Shown one piece after another: positions 1 to 10,123 of a stretch of 49,361 nt of DNA. Position 1 is the stretch's first letter. The number at the start of each line of letters is the position of its first letter. The position numbers and the translations under genes are program-made. Origin of the DNA: Lactobacillus sp. UBA5815 (GTDB lineage: Bacteria > Bacillota > Bacilli > Lactobacillales > Lactobacillaceae); contig DICX01000058.1 of the NCBI GenBank assembly GCA_002417825.1, positions 1-49,361 on the forward strand, written 5' to 3'. Below the pieces are notes generated by a model, which was given only the letters and a program-made list of their open reading frames with translations, was not told the origin of the DNA and did not search any database.

Positions 1-2920
1 CACCACAAGCTTTCAAGATCTTATCACTTGGACGCCCATCAAGTTCACGATACCGCATCATCAAGAAAATACTGTAATCAACTCCCAAAGCAATCAGCAT
101 GATGAAACTGAAGAATGGTGTGTTCCATGTTAGCATGTCTTTGTGCATCAGCATCTTGACCAAGCCTTGGTTGATCGATAATGACCCAACATAAGCGATG
201 AGTAACGTTCCCAAAATGAAGAGCGGTTGCAAGACAGACCGTGTCACGAAGATCAGTGCGATTCCGATTCCGATCAGCATGATGGCTGCAGTCCGGACAA
301 AATCGGAACTAGCAGTCTTCTTCGTGTCATAAATCTTAGAAGACTCACCACCGACTGCGACTTGTGCATTCTTTAAACTCGTCCCCTTCAGCGTCTGCTT
401 TGCCATTTGACTGACTTGGTGAGCTTGACTCGTAGCAAGATCACCACTAGGGCTGGATTTAAAGACGACGATCAATTGTGCTGATTTTTTATCCGCACTT
501 AAATAGTTATTGATCGACTCTTGAAATTCATGATTTTGCAAAGCTTCCTTTGGAATGTAGAACTCATCCGCAGCTGAAGAATTTCCTAAAGCTTTTAAAT
601 AAGTGGATCCAGTACTCAACCCAGCGTTGACTTTGTCGATGCCCTTTGTCAAAGTCGGTGAACTCTCATAAAGTTGTGAAGCACCTTGATTTAACTGAAT
701 GACACCTGGCAAGCTTTGGTTGACAGCACCTTGAACTTGATTCAAGCCATTGCTCAATTGATTCAAAGCCTGAACTGCCCCTGGTAATGCAACGTTTGAA
801 GCAGATGCCAAGGTATTGACCTGTGCTTTCAAAGTTTGGACTTGACTCATCAATTGATTGAGGTTTTGTGCTGACCCAGAGACTTGTGTCATCGAACGGC
901 CTAGAGATTGATCAGCCGAACCAGCAGCTTGCAAGTTGCCAGCGACTTTCTTCAATTGTGCCGCTGTCGACGCTGTCTTCTGATCGGCTTGATTCTTAAC
1001 ACCTGACATGATCTGCGACATGGTTGCTTCCATGACTTGCTTTTGTGCTGGCGTCAATTGTGCTTTAGCTTCTGCTTGTTGATAAGCCTGCATGAGTTGT
1101 GCAACATCGATGTTCGTACTGCCGCTATTTTGCAACGCTTGCAGCGTTTGTCCGGCAGCAGTTAAATTGCCGCCGATGACTTGTGCTTGAACCCCAACGT
1201 TAGTCAAATTCTGCTTCAAAGCTGAAGTATCCACCCCAGCATTGGATTGCTGCAACGCACCATTCAATCTTTGAATACCAGAATTGATTTGAGGAATCCC
1301 GCTTTCGAGTTGTGCCAATTGGGTTGCATTAGAACCGCCGAGTTGACCAGATAATTGCGTACTCAACTGGTTCAACCCATTGACCAATTGTTGTGAACCT
1401 GATTGTAACTGTCCCAAACCATTCGTCATCTTGGACGAACCATCGCTCAATTTGGTTAAACCATTTTGAGCAGTCGCAACACCTGATGTCACAGTTTTCA
1501 TCTGTTGATTGACGTAAAGTTTTTTAACTTTTTCACCATAAGGCTGTGTCACTGACGTGGCAAAATCAACATCTTTAGATGCCTGCAATTTCCGTGTCAA
1601 TGAGTCGATTGCCTTAAGGTCTTTTTCATTATCTAAAGAATGATCGGCTTTGATGTATAAATAGGTCGGTTCTGCCAATCCTTTAGAAAAATGTTTTTGA
1701 ACGATTAATAATCCTGCCTTAGATGGCGTACTATCTGAAATTTCTTGCGTATCATCATAATTCAAATGATTCGAATACATCATGATAAATGGTATCGTCA
1801 CCACCGCAACGATCAACAGATAAGTAACTGGCCGTTTAAGCGTTCCAGCAGAAATATTGTGCCACAGCTTTGATGTCGTTTCGCCTTCAAATTTTTTGAC
1901 TGGCCAAAACATCTTTTTGCCCAATATCGCCATGAAAAATGGGTTCAACGTTAACAAGACGATCAATAGGACAGCGACACCAACAGCGACACCAACGGCA
2001 GACTGATAAACTGAAAAGTGAGCTAAACCTAAAGCAAAGAAACCGATCAAGATCGATGATCCTGAATAAAGAATCGTCTTCCCAGCTTTATGTTGGGCAT
2101 CTTTAGTTGCTTCCCACTTTTCCATACCCTTACCCAAGTTTTCTTTAAACTTGTCATAAAGCAAGATGTTATAGTCTGTCCCGATGCCGAACAGAACGAT
2201 CACCATGAAAACTTGTGTAAAGTTTGAGAATGGAAAATCAACTTTATCCACTAAATTCGTAACGATCGAAAAAGCAGTGATAAACGAAACACCCACCGTT
2301 AAAAGAGAAATCAGCGGAACGATCGGCGATTTGAAGACCAAGACTAAAACGATAAAGATGAAGATGATCGAAATGACTTCTGTCTTTTTGATCCCTTCCT
2401 GAACAGCTGCCGAGAAATCATCAGTTAGGATGTCAGCACCTGTAATATAGGTACGTAATCCCTTTGTCTTGATGGCTTTCGTCAATTGCTGATTGATCTG
2501 GCTGACACTGCCATGGCTTTTTGATACATAAAATTGTGCAACGACCGTCGTTTTGTCTTTTGCAATCAGCTTCTTTTTTGTCGCGATATTGTCATATGGG
2601 GCCAACATCGTTTTGATGCCAAGCTTTTTCTTGTTATCTTTCAAGTACTTAATCGTTGACTTGACGTTCTCACGATCTTCGGCAGTCATCTTACCATCTT
2701 TTTGATTAAAGACGGCCGCAATCTGATACGTGTTCTTTTGATGATGCCCCCATTGATTTTGAATATTATCTGCTAATGAACTTTCGACATCAGCAGGCAA
2801 TCTGATTTCAGAATGCTGTCTCGTCAAAGTATTGACGTCCGGCAACGTGAAAATCGCGATCAAGACGATCAGGATCCACGCGACCAAGGCGCCTACATGA
2901 TTTTTGATTAAGCGCTTCAT
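1..2920 (-). CDS. MMPL/RND-family transporter (3' end lies beyond the window start)
   Basis: Absent from the ORF track because its stop is outside the window. Manual translation from ATG at 2920 (SD GAGGAAGG upstream) gives MKRLIKNHVGALVAWILIV... with the MMPL motif VLFGIGTDYNILL, many TM segments and a central Gln/Gly/Leu coiled region. Confidence 0.9.
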   Translation of the reverse strand, partial: MKRLIKNHVGALVAWILIVLIAIFTLPDVNTLTRQHSEIRLPADVESSLADNIQNQWGHHQKNTYQIAAVFNQKDGKMTAEDRENVKSTIKYLKDNKKKLGIKTMLAPYDNIATKKKLIAKDKTTVVAQFYVSKSHGSVSQINQQLTKAIKTKGLRTYITGADILTDDFSAAVQEGIKKTEVISIIFIFIVLVLVFKSPIVPLISLLTVGVSFITAFSIVTNLVDKVDFPFSNFTQVFMVIVLFGIGTDYNILLYDKFKENLGKGMEKWEATKDAQHKAGKTILYSGSSILIGFFALGLAHFSVYQSAVGVAVGVAVLLIVLLTLNPFFMAILGKKMFWPVKKFEGETTSKLWHNISAGTLKRPVTYLLIVAVVTIPFIMMYSNHLNYDDTQEISDSTPSKAGLLIVQKHFSKGLAEPTYLYIKADHSLDNEKDLKAIDSLTRKLQASKDVDFATSVTQPYGEKVKKLYVNQQMKTVTSGVATAQNGLTKLSDGSSKMTNGLGQLQSGSQQLVNGLNQLSTQLSGQLGGSNATQLAQLESGIPQINSGIQRLNGALQQSNAGVDTSALKQNLTNVGVQAQVIGGNLTAAGQTLQALQNSGSTNIDVAQLMQAYQQAEAKAQLTPAQKQVMEATMSQIMSGVKNQADQKTASTAAQLKKVAGNLQAAGSADQSLGRSMTQVSGSAQNLNQLMSQVQTLKAQVNTLASASNVALPGAVQALNQLSNGLNQVQGAVNQSLPGVIQLNQGASQLYESSPTLTKGIDKVNAGLSTGSTYLKALGNSSAADEFYIPKEALQNHEFQESINNYLSADKKSAQLIVVFKSSPSGDLATSQAHQVSQMAKQTLKGTSLKNAQVAVGGESSKIYDTKKTASSDFVRTAAIMLIGIGIALIFVTRSVLQPLFILGTLLIAYVGSLSINQGLVKMLMHKDMLTWNTPFFSFIMLIALGVDYSIFLMMRYRELDGRPSDKILKACG

Positions 2921-2935
2921 TTTTTCATCCTTCCT

Positions 2936-3496
2936 CTATGATTCGCTTGTCTTAGGACTGACGAGACGCAACAACATTTCATGATAATTTTCACTAGCTT
3001 GTTGTGCATCTTCGTCTTTGAACATTTTTGAACGATCAAAAAAAACATACCCTAAAACTGCGCCAAGCAAAGCGTGGATTGAAATAACATGATCTTTGTT
3101 GACGTCGATCTTTTTCCCCAAATCAAGAATCTCCATCACTTTTTGTGCAATCGCTGCGTCGATCGTATATTCATTCAACGTAAAAAACGTGCTGGCGATC
3201 GCACGATCACTCAACAAAAAATCACGAATGATATCTGCAAATCGATAAACTGCTTCTTTACCAGACAAGCCGATGACCTCTTGCATCAACTTTTGACGTA
3301 AGAACTCTAAGCGACGAGCTGCTACTAAAGATAAAAGTTCATGTCGATTGGACACGTAATGATACAGTGACTGTGATCGAATTCCTAAGGCTTTAGCCAG
3401 TTTAGGCATCGTTACAGCAGCTAAGCCATCTTCATCAATCATTTGTGTCGCTTGATCGAGTACTTTGTTCAGATCGAGCGTCCTTTTTTTGACCAT
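2936..3496 (-). CDS. TetR/AcrR family transcriptional regulator
   Basis: N-terminal HTH (GLAAVTMPKLAKALGIRSQSLYHY). Start moved to ATG 3496, which follows SD GGAGGT. Directly upstream of and co-oriented with the MMPL gene. Confidence 0.9.
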   Translation of the reverse strand: MVKKRTLDLNKVLDQATQMIDEDGLAAVTMPKLAKALGIRSQSLYHYVSNRHELLSLVAARRLEFLRQKLMQEVIGLSGKEAVYRFADIIRDFLLSDRAIASTFFTLNEYTIDAAIAQKVMEILDLGKKIDVNKDHVISIHALLGAVLGYVFFDRSKMFKDEDAQQASENYHEMLLRLVSPKTSES

Positions 3497-3543
3497 TTTT
3501 ACCTCCACTTTTGTTGACAAGAGCTAATATAGCACTTCATTCC

Positions 3544-3571
3544 GTAGATTACAATCTACAAGTAGTAGATT
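3544..3571. promoter_or_regulatory. Putative TetR operator (three GTAGATT/AATCTAC half-sites)
   Basis: GTAGATT-ac-AATCTAC-aagta-GTAGATT just upstream of the tetR-MMPL operon. Confidence 0.55.
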
Positions 3572-3671
3572 CTTTAAATTTTACGACAAACATTATACGC
3601 AGAATTACATTTTAACAGTATTCGAAAGTGATAAAATATAAAATAGAAAAAGTAGAAAGCGTATTCATTAA

Positions 3672-3959
3672 ATGAAGAAATGGCTCTTAACGAATTTGAT
3701 TACAATCGTAACCTTTGGAATTGGATCACTTTATCTTTTGGAACTTGATTTTTCCGATACACCACTTGGCCAAGATGCAGGACGTATCTGCTTAGCATTC
3801 GTTCTGATCTGTCTTTTTGGAATGCTTGCGCAATTTCAAATTGCTTGGGGATTTTATGTTTTTGGCAAATTTGAAGAAAAAGTGATTCGCCATCTTCCCC
3901 GTGCTCAACGTGAAGCTGAAGCAAAAAAAAGAGCTTCTAAAAAAGTCAAATGGCTTTAA
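3672..3959 (+). CDS. Small hypothetical membrane protein (2 TM)
   Basis: 95 aa with two hydrophobic stretches and a basic C-terminus; fills the gap between neighbouring genes. Confidence 0.7.
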   Translation: MKKWLLTNLITIVTFGIGSLYLLELDFSDTPLGQDAGRICLAFVLICLFGMLAQFQIAWGFYVFGKFEEKVIRHLPRAQREAEAKKRASKKVKWL

Positions 3960-3989
3960 ATCCATCATGACTTTTTTAAAAGCTTGAAT

Positions 3990-4901
3990 TTATTTTGAAG
4001 CTAAAAAGAACTGATCGACGGCTTGACCAAGTGCAGGAAGCTTAGACCCTAATCCATCGCTCACCGCCGCTATCACAACGGTATGTTTGCCTATCGTGAT
4101 TAAAGCAGCTGAATTATGAGCGTCACTGATTTGCGCAATCGTGCCAGAAACATTTTGACTAATCTTACGAACCGGATATGATGCCAGCTGCGTCAACACT
4201 TGCCGATCCCAAGGATTACCAAGGCCTTTTCCCTGATAAAGTGCTTGAAGCGTGACGGATAAGTCTGTCGCAGTCGTCACGCCAACTTTTGATGCACCAA
4301 ACTTAGCGGTGATCTTGGTTTGAGATGCCCCATATTGTCGTGCAACACGATTAACACGATCCGGCGTAACCACCTTCAACATGATGTTGCTTGCAGTCAA
4401 ATCATTATGCAGCATCTGTGTAATGATATATTGATCGCCATATGTCGTGCCAACGCGTAAACTAGAACTGTGTCCAACAAGTTCAGCAGCAGTAACTTGA
4501 TGTGTTGCGTTGGCCTTGATAGCACCTGTCTTGACGGCTTGCTGATAAGCCAAAAGGACATACAGTTGTAAAATATTACCGACATTGAATGTTTTTTGCC
4601 CTGTATTCATGACTTGCGCAGATTTTCCCTTAGCAGAAATTTCATGAACATCAACGGCATAACGGGCCAGACCGGTACCAAATACAGATTTGATTTTCGC
4701 CGCCAGTTGACGATTGCTTTTAGCCGTGATTCGAACGCGGTGTGATTCTGGCAACTGACTTTGGGAACGTGAAGAAACGATCTTATTCGTGCCGTTTTCA
4801 ATAGTCAGCTTTGCGTTTGCTTGCTGATGAAGACTTGTCGAATAAAGCATCAATGCACAGAAAGAAGTGATAGCGGAGCCAATTAAAATATGATTTTTCA
4901 T
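3990..4901 (-). CDS. Secreted/anchored serine hydrolase, class A beta-lactamase-like fold, with degenerate active site
   Basis: N-terminal signal/anchor. NDLTASNIML and TTATDLSVTLQALYQG resemble beta-lactamase-2 family motifs; the SxxK position reads GNILQL. Confidence 0.7.
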   Translation of the reverse strand: MKNHILIGSAITSFCALMLYSTSLHQQANAKLTIENGTNKIVSSRSQSQLPESHRVRITAKSNRQLAAKIKSVFGTGLARYAVDVHEISAKGKSAQVMNTGQKTFNVGNILQLYVLLAYQQAVKTGAIKANATHQVTAAELVGHSSSLRVGTTYGDQYIITQMLHNDLTASNIMLKVVTPDRVNRVARQYGASQTKITAKFGASKVGVTTATDLSVTLQALYQGKGLGNPWDRQVLTQLASYPVRKISQNVSGTIAQISDAHNSAALITIGKHTVVIAAVSDGLGSKLPALGQAVDQFFLASK

Positions 4902-5069
4902 ACAAATTCCCTTTTCGATTCATCTTACTGTCACTCATTTTAACGCAATCAAAAAGTGACATTTTTTTCTTCAAGTGTCTTCACGAACTGTATTATAACG
5001 AAATCAACTCGTTTTAGCAGAATCACTGGTTCAGTTTACAGATTATTTTAACAAAAAGAGAGGAAACTC

Positions 5070-5960
5070 ATGACTTATAAAATTGGCGTCGATGCTGGTG
5101 GTACACATACCACTGCCATTGCTTACGACGATAACGGAAAAAAATCAGCCCAGAGCGAAAGCGGACAAGGTAATATCATAGTAGATTACGAAGGTGGCCT
5201 AAAAAACATCGTTTCTGCGATTCAAGCGGTTCAAGCCAAATTATCTGGGCGTTGTGAGAAAGTCTTAGTTGGTATCGCAGGACTCTCAATTTATGGACAT
5301 GAAGATCAAATCAGCCATCTCATCTCTGAGCAAGTCGATGCACCTGTTCGCGCAATCACAGATTCAGAGCTGGCTTTTTTGAATGGCTTAGAAGGTCATG
5401 ACGGCATGATCGTCATTGCGGGAACAGGCTCCGTCGTTAACGGTCGACAAAATGGTAAATGGCTCATCGTTGGCGGATATGGTCAAATCCTTGGTGATGA
5501 AGGCAGTGCTTACGCCATTGCCGTTGATGCCATGAAAGAGGCCCTGGCAAGCTGGGATAAACGTGAAGCAAACGATCTGATTCCTTTCTTTACTGAACGA
5601 TTCCACGTTGAAACGATGGCCGATTGCAATGCACCTTTTTACGAATTGAATCGGCCGCAAGTTGCCGCAATGGCAGAAAAAATCGCTGGACTCGCAGACA
5701 ACGGTTCTGAAGACGCTAAAAACGTCATCGCACACCAAGCACATTTGCTCGCACAACAAATCATTACTTGTTTTAATCGCTATGATGATCCAAAACCGAT
5801 GCGGGTTTCATTGACAGGCTCCGTCTTACTCAAAAACACGATGATGCGTGCCCTCATCGAAGATGAAGTCAAAAGTCATTTTGAAGCAGCAACTTTTAGC
5901 CTTGCACCTGTGGGCAATGCACGTGGTGTCCTTTTCGACAATGATTCGCCACAAAACTAA
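5070..5960 (+). CDS. BadF/BadG/BcrA/BcrD-family sugar kinase (GlcNAc/MurNAc kinase-like)
   Basis: GVDAGGTHT, IAGTGS and GGYGQILGDEGSAY motifs; SD GAGAGG. Confidence 0.85.
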   Translation: MTYKIGVDAGGTHTTAIAYDDNGKKSAQSESGQGNIIVDYEGGLKNIVSAIQAVQAKLSGRCEKVLVGIAGLSIYGHEDQISHLISEQVDAPVRAITDSELAFLNGLEGHDGMIVIAGTGSVVNGRQNGKWLIVGGYGQILGDEGSAYAIAVDAMKEALASWDKREANDLIPFFTERFHVETMADCNAPFYELNRPQVAAMAEKIAGLADNGSEDAKNVIAHQAHLLAQQIITCFNRYDDPKPMRVSLTGSVLLKNTMMRALIEDEVKSHFEAATFSLAPVGNARGVLFDNDSPQN

Positions 5961-5987
5961 AAAGCCTGCTTTTAGCAGGCTTTTTTT
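5959..5987. terminator. Bidirectional intrinsic terminator
   Basis: AAAAAGCCTGCT-ttt-AGCAGGCTTTTTTT between convergent genes. Confidence 0.85.
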
Positions 5988-5997
5988 ATGGCATTCG

Positions 5998-6681
5998 TCA
6001 AACACGAATCAAAGTTAATTGGCTAGCAGTGAGGTTTCCTGTTAAAATCAAAGTTTTATCCTGAGTTCCCTGTCGCTGACCATCAACTTGAACTTGACTA
6101 AAAGTCGTTGTCAGATCATCAGATGAGATGTTCCATTCAAGCGGCACATAAAGTTTGACCTCAGAGGCAAAAACACTAAGATTGATTTTAGCATCTGGCG
6201 CTGGTAATTCTGCATGTTCAAAAGAAACCGATACGGAGGACGCAAAAGTTTTGATGTTCAAACTTGTCAAAAGATCATCAAAATCAATCTTCTGATGTTG
6301 CATCGTTGCATGGACCGTTGTCGAATCTCTTGAAATCGTATCCCCAAAATAACTCGTAAACCGTTTTAAAGTCGGCTGATAAATCAGCGATGCACCAATG
6401 CTGATCAAAATACCTGCACCAAACAGTGTCCAATTCGAAACTCGGCTTAATCCCAAAACGGTTCGGTGCAGCATGATCAGAAAAGTCAACAACAGCGTGC
6501 TGCTCACGACTAATCGATATTTTACGGCATTCCACAATCCGATCAGCAGCAAAAAAGTTATCGCCAAGTGATCTGTCCATGGATTCGTCCACAGATGCAG
6601 ACCATCGATCACGAATAAAATGGCCAATAAGATCAAACAAATGCCCCAATTCAAAGATGTTTTTTTCAACTTATCCAGCAT
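5998..6681 (-). CDS. LiaF-like membrane protein (4 TM plus DUF2154-type C-terminal domain)
   Basis: Four N-terminal TM helices and a C-terminal beta-rich region (INLSVFASEVKLYVPLEWNI); SD GAGGAGG. Confidence 0.7.
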   Translation of the reverse strand: MLDKLKKTSLNWGICLILLAILFVIDGLHLWTNPWTDHLAITFLLLIGLWNAVKYRLVVSSTLLLTFLIMLHRTVLGLSRVSNWTLFGAGILISIGASLIYQPTLKRFTSYFGDTISRDSTTVHATMQHQKIDFDDLLTSLNIKTFASSVSVSFEHAELPAPDAKINLSVFASEVKLYVPLEWNISSDDLTTTFSQVQVDGQRQGTQDKTLILTGNLTASQLTLIRV

Positions 6682-6817
6682 CAAAACCCGCCTCCTCTTT
6701 TGATTTCTATTTTACACGATTATTCAAAATCAACGTGATAAAAAGGATGGACTGTACAAAAGCAGCCTTTATCCGTTAAGATAATCAAGACAAGATTTTA
6801 AATGGAGGCATTTTAAC

Positions 6818-7417
6818 GTGCATAAAAAACTTGAATTAAAAAAAGACGGAAAAACCGTAATGGGACAATTAGATGGTCCTGAACTCCCAGAAGGAAAAGT
6901 TGCACCCTTGATCATCTTTGATCAAATTGCACATCAAGCATCTCTTTCTAAAACGTATCGCGATCTCCTGACAAAGCAAGGTGCTTTAACTTTTACTTTC
7001 ACAGCTAAAAATATCGAAGACGCACAAGAAAAAATTGAGGTTGCTTTTGCATGTCTTCGCGAACGCTCTGAAGTATATGGTGAAATGATTTTATTGGCAG
7101 GCCAAGCACAGGGCGCAAGAGCTGCTATGCTGTCAGCAATCGATTTAGGCGCTAGCGTCAAAGGACTGATCCTGCTCAGTCCCAGTTTTCTCTCACAAGA
7201 TTTGAAACGATTAGGAAACTACCCTGGTCACGCATTGGTTACGGCAGCATCTCAAGATGACATTATACCTTTAGATCAAATCAAAAAAGCAACTCAGCTC
7301 ATGGCACACGGCGATTTTATCGAACTGCGCAAGGAAGGTCACGTTTATTCAGATGATGCCATCAACCGTGTCGCACATCTAATTCAGCTTTTTATCGTTA
7401 CGACACTCAATCATTAA
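6818..7417 (+). CDS. Alpha/beta-hydrolase-fold protein lacking the nucleophilic Ser
   Basis: Nucleophile elbow reads LAGQAQGA; VKGLILLSP, QDDII and EGHVY match the fold. GTG start with SD GGAGG. Confidence 0.7.
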   Translation: MHKKLELKKDGKTVMGQLDGPELPEGKVAPLIIFDQIAHQASLSKTYRDLLTKQGALTFTFTAKNIEDAQEKIEVAFACLRERSEVYGEMILLAGQAQGARAAMLSAIDLGASVKGLILLSPSFLSQDLKRLGNYPGHALVTAASQDDIIPLDQIKKATQLMAHGDFIELRKEGHVYSDDAINRVAHLIQLFIVTTLNH

Positions 7418-7427
7418 ATAACCACAC

Positions 7428-7462
7428 AAAAAAAGAGACAAGCGATGCTTGTCTCTTTTTTT
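7428..7462. terminator. Bidirectional intrinsic terminator
   Basis: AAAAAAAGAGACAAGC-gat-GCTTGTCTCTTTTTTT. Confidence 0.9.
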
Positions 7463-7473
7463 GCTATTTTCGT

Positions 7474-8772
7474 TTATTGTTTCCAAGAACTGTCAAATTT
7501 TGCTTTGCCAGCCGTGATGGCAGAATCCCAATTTCCTTTTTGAGCTTGTGCAAAGATTGTCTGCATGATCGTGTTCAATTGACCATAAGCGGCATTTGAA
7601 TCTTTTGTAACCGGAACAGAATATAGATGCTTAGTCGTCTTAGCTAATTGAGCAGGAACTTTGCTCGTCTTAGAAGACTTGTAAGCTGGTGCATTCATTG
7701 CAGCCTTTGTTACTGGAATATAACCAGTTTTGTTGGCCCACTTGATTTGTGAACTCTTTGAGACCAAGAACTTGATGTATTTAAAGGCTGCTGCCTTTTG
7801 CATTGCAGAAGCATGACTGAACATGTAAATGTCCGTTCCTTGCTGCATGTTATAAGTTGACGGACGTGGCGCAACACCATAAGTGAACTTAGAACCAACG
7901 CCCTTCTTCACAAAGCCTTCACCTGCAGAAGTTCCAATGAACATGGCAACTTTTTCATTGGCGAAAGGTCCTGAAAGATAGTTTTCTGAGCCTGCTGTTC
8001 TGAAGTACCCTGCTTTGATTCCTTTAGCGTAGTAGTTGATGACTGACTTAGAATCACTACCTGTAAAGTTGACTTTGCTTGATAAGTTGATTCCCTTGTC
8101 TTTCATCCCTAATACGTAGTAGTTGGACAGTGAGTCAAAGCCTGCACCAACGACTTTATGGTTGCTCTTCTTGTAAATTTCTTCTGAAGCGCTACGCAAC
8201 TCAGCCATTGTCTTAGGAACTTTAACGCCATATTTATCAAGAAGCGTCTTGTTGTAGACTAAGACTTCAACCGATTTGTTGAATGGAATCCCGTATTGCG
8301 TGCCGTTGATCGTTGCGCCAGAAAGCAGATCAGTGTTGATGTCACTTGCAGAGGCAGAACCCCAACCAACGTTCTTGTCATTGATATAAGGTTTCAAATC
8401 AACGAGCATCTTGCTCTTAGCTGCGTTCCAAAGCCAGCCGGGATAAGCTTGCGTGATCGTTGGCAAGTTGTTTGGCGACTGCAGCGTCGAATTGATCTTG
8501 GCTTGCAAATCTGTGTACTGACCTTGATATTGCAGCTTAACTGTTACATTCGGATTCTTTTTCTCAAAATCAGAAGTCAAACTTTTCAGCGTAGATTCCT
8601 GAGCTCTAGACATACCATGCCAAAAGACAACTGTCGTCTTTTTAGTGATCTTTGCTGGAATTTTTGACGAACTAGAACTTGATGACGAGCTGCCATTCTT
8701 TGAGCAAGCCGCTGTACCAAGCAATGCCAAGGCAGCAATCGCTGTCACAGCAATCTTTCTAGTAAACTTCAT
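7474..8772 (-). CDS. CUT1-family ABC transporter substrate-binding lipoprotein (UgpB-like)
   Basis: Likely start MKFTRKIAV at 8772 (SD GGGAGG). Lipobox TAAC, Ser linker, VVFWHGM and YGIPFNKS motifs. Confidence 0.88.
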   Translation of the reverse strand: MKFTRKIAVTAIAALALLGTAACSKNGSSSSSSSSSKIPAKITKKTTVVFWHGMSRAQESTLKSLTSDFEKKNPNVTVKLQYQGQYTDLQAKINSTLQSPNNLPTITQAYPGWLWNAAKSKMLVDLKPYINDKNVGWGSASASDINTDLLSGATINGTQYGIPFNKSVEVLVYNKTLLDKYGVKVPKTMAELRSASEEIYKKSNHKVVGAGFDSLSNYYVLGMKDKGINLSSKVNFTGSDSKSVINYYAKGIKAGYFRTAGSENYLSGPFANEKVAMFIGTSAGEGFVKKGVGSKFTYGVAPRPSTYNMQQGTDIYMFSHASAMQKAAAFKYIKFLVSKSSQIKWANKTGYIPVTKAAMNAPAYKSSKTSKVPAQLAKTTKHLYSVPVTKDSNAAYGQLNTIMQTIFAQAQKGNWDSAITAGKAKFDSSWKQ

Positions 8773-8821
8773 GTGGATGATCCTCCCAAAAAATAAAACG
8801 AAACAACAATTGATTGATTTT

Positions 8822-10123
8822 TTAACTAAGCGTGATTGGAACGCCACGCTTAGGCAAAATCCTTTGTCCATACGGGTTTTCTTCCAGCTCCGGGTGCAAT
8901 GTGTGCACGGGGGTCAAACAACGTGGCTGGATTCCCGAAATAATCGTTTTGAGTTCCGCAATATCGGCATGTCCCGAACAACGCAAAGGCACGAATTCGA
9001 TATCATGCTTTTGAAATTGTGTCACAAACGGCCGATAAGCCGGATCAAAATCACCTAATGGTTCTGCATTGCTGTGAATGTATAGACCACTTGACTGCAA
9101 CTGATCAAAATGTGCAACTGCCTGCCAAAAATATTCATGGTCATCAGCTAAGAGTTTGTCGTATGAAATTTCAAGCTCTGGCTTTAATATACTGATTTTT
9201 GACTCGTCTGGCAAGTAGTAAAATGGAATATCTTCGTTCAGTGCACGTTTGAGTAATGCTGCCCTTTTGGCATGCAAGACCACTTTGCGCGGTGAGTCAG
9301 AAACTAAACGAAGCAAACGTTCAACGTTCGTCAAATAAGTATTGAACGTCAATTGACGTTGCGGATTCTCAGTTTGATAAGCAACCATACGCTGAATCAG
9401 TTCAATTTCATTTTTAGGACCTGAAAATTCTTCTGAAGTGTCTTTTGCAGTTTCTTCCGGCCACGAATAAGCCGTTCCTTCTAAAATCAGCAGATCACAA
9501 TTTTTGGCTTGCGCCATAAAATCACGGACCCAATCAGGATGATACCCATGTAGCCGAATATCTCCCGTATAAGCGATCAGCTTGTCGGGCGTCTTGATCA
9601 ACAGACCAGTCGCACCATACGCATCATGATCACTGGGCCAGATCTGCAAAGTCAAATCACCGACTTGAATCTTCTTCTTGAGTGGTGCCGCGATGATTGG
9701 TCGCGTGTAGGCCTGATTATGCCCTGCTGCCGGCAATAAAAAAGTCCCCTCTTCATTGAGTGCCGGCAACAAATGTGCAGTGATCGGCCCAGCATAAAGC
9801 GGAATCTGCGGGGCTAAGAAATTCAACATCCGACTATGATCCAAGTGAACATGAGAAATGTAAGCAGCACTGTGCTTGAATCTGCTCTCATCCAATGGTT
9901 TGCCTGTAAGTTTTGGATCATACAAATTATCGACATCTGGGATGATTTGATTCTTCACCAACGTTGCCCAATTTTCATCGGGAAGATTCAATTCCGGCCG
10001 AAAAACCGTTCCCAAGTCGAAAAAGACATGGCTATCGCCATAAGCCACTTCGATCACGTTGCCGCCAATCGTGTTAAGCCCGTTATAATAAGTCACCGTC
10101 GTACGATCAAGCTTTAAGGTCAT
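8822..10123 (-). CDS. Metallo-beta-lactamase/beta-CASP (RNase J-like) hydrolase
   Basis: TIGGN, HVHLDH, SDHDAYG, YTGDIRLHG, LILEGT, SGHA and PVH motifs. Confidence 0.85.
   Translation of the reverse strand: MTLKLDRTTVTYYNGLNTIGGNVIEVAYGDSHVFFDLGTVFRPELNLPDENWATLVKNQIIPDVDNLYDPKLTGKPLDESRFKHSAAYISHVHLDHSRMLNFLAPQIPLYAGPITAHLLPALNEEGTFLLPAAGHNQAYTRPIIAAPLKKKIQVGDLTLQIWPSDHDAYGATGLLIKTPDKLIAYTGDIRLHGYHPDWVRDFMAQAKNCDLLILEGTAYSWPEETAKDTSEEFSGPKNEIELIQRMVAYQTENPQRQLTFNTYLTNVERLLRLVSDSPRKVVLHAKRAALLKRALNEDIPFYYLPDESKISILKPELEISYDKLLADDHEYFWQAVAHFDQLQSSGLYIHSNAEPLGDFDPAYRPFVTQFQKHDIEFVPLRCSGHADIAELKTIISGIQPRCLTPVHTLHPELEENPYGQRILPKRGVPITLS

Noticed and set aside
620-1500. Quasi-repetitive Gln/Gly/Leu-rich stretch in the MMPL gene
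   Set aside because: Ordinary coiled-coil heptad region of Firmicute MMPL proteins, not a DNA repeat array.
3553-3580. The minus strand reads TTTAAAGAATCTACTACTTGTAGAT, resembling the 3' end of a Cas12a direct repeat
   Set aside because: Single copy, no spacers and no cas genes in the window. A TetR operator explains it better.
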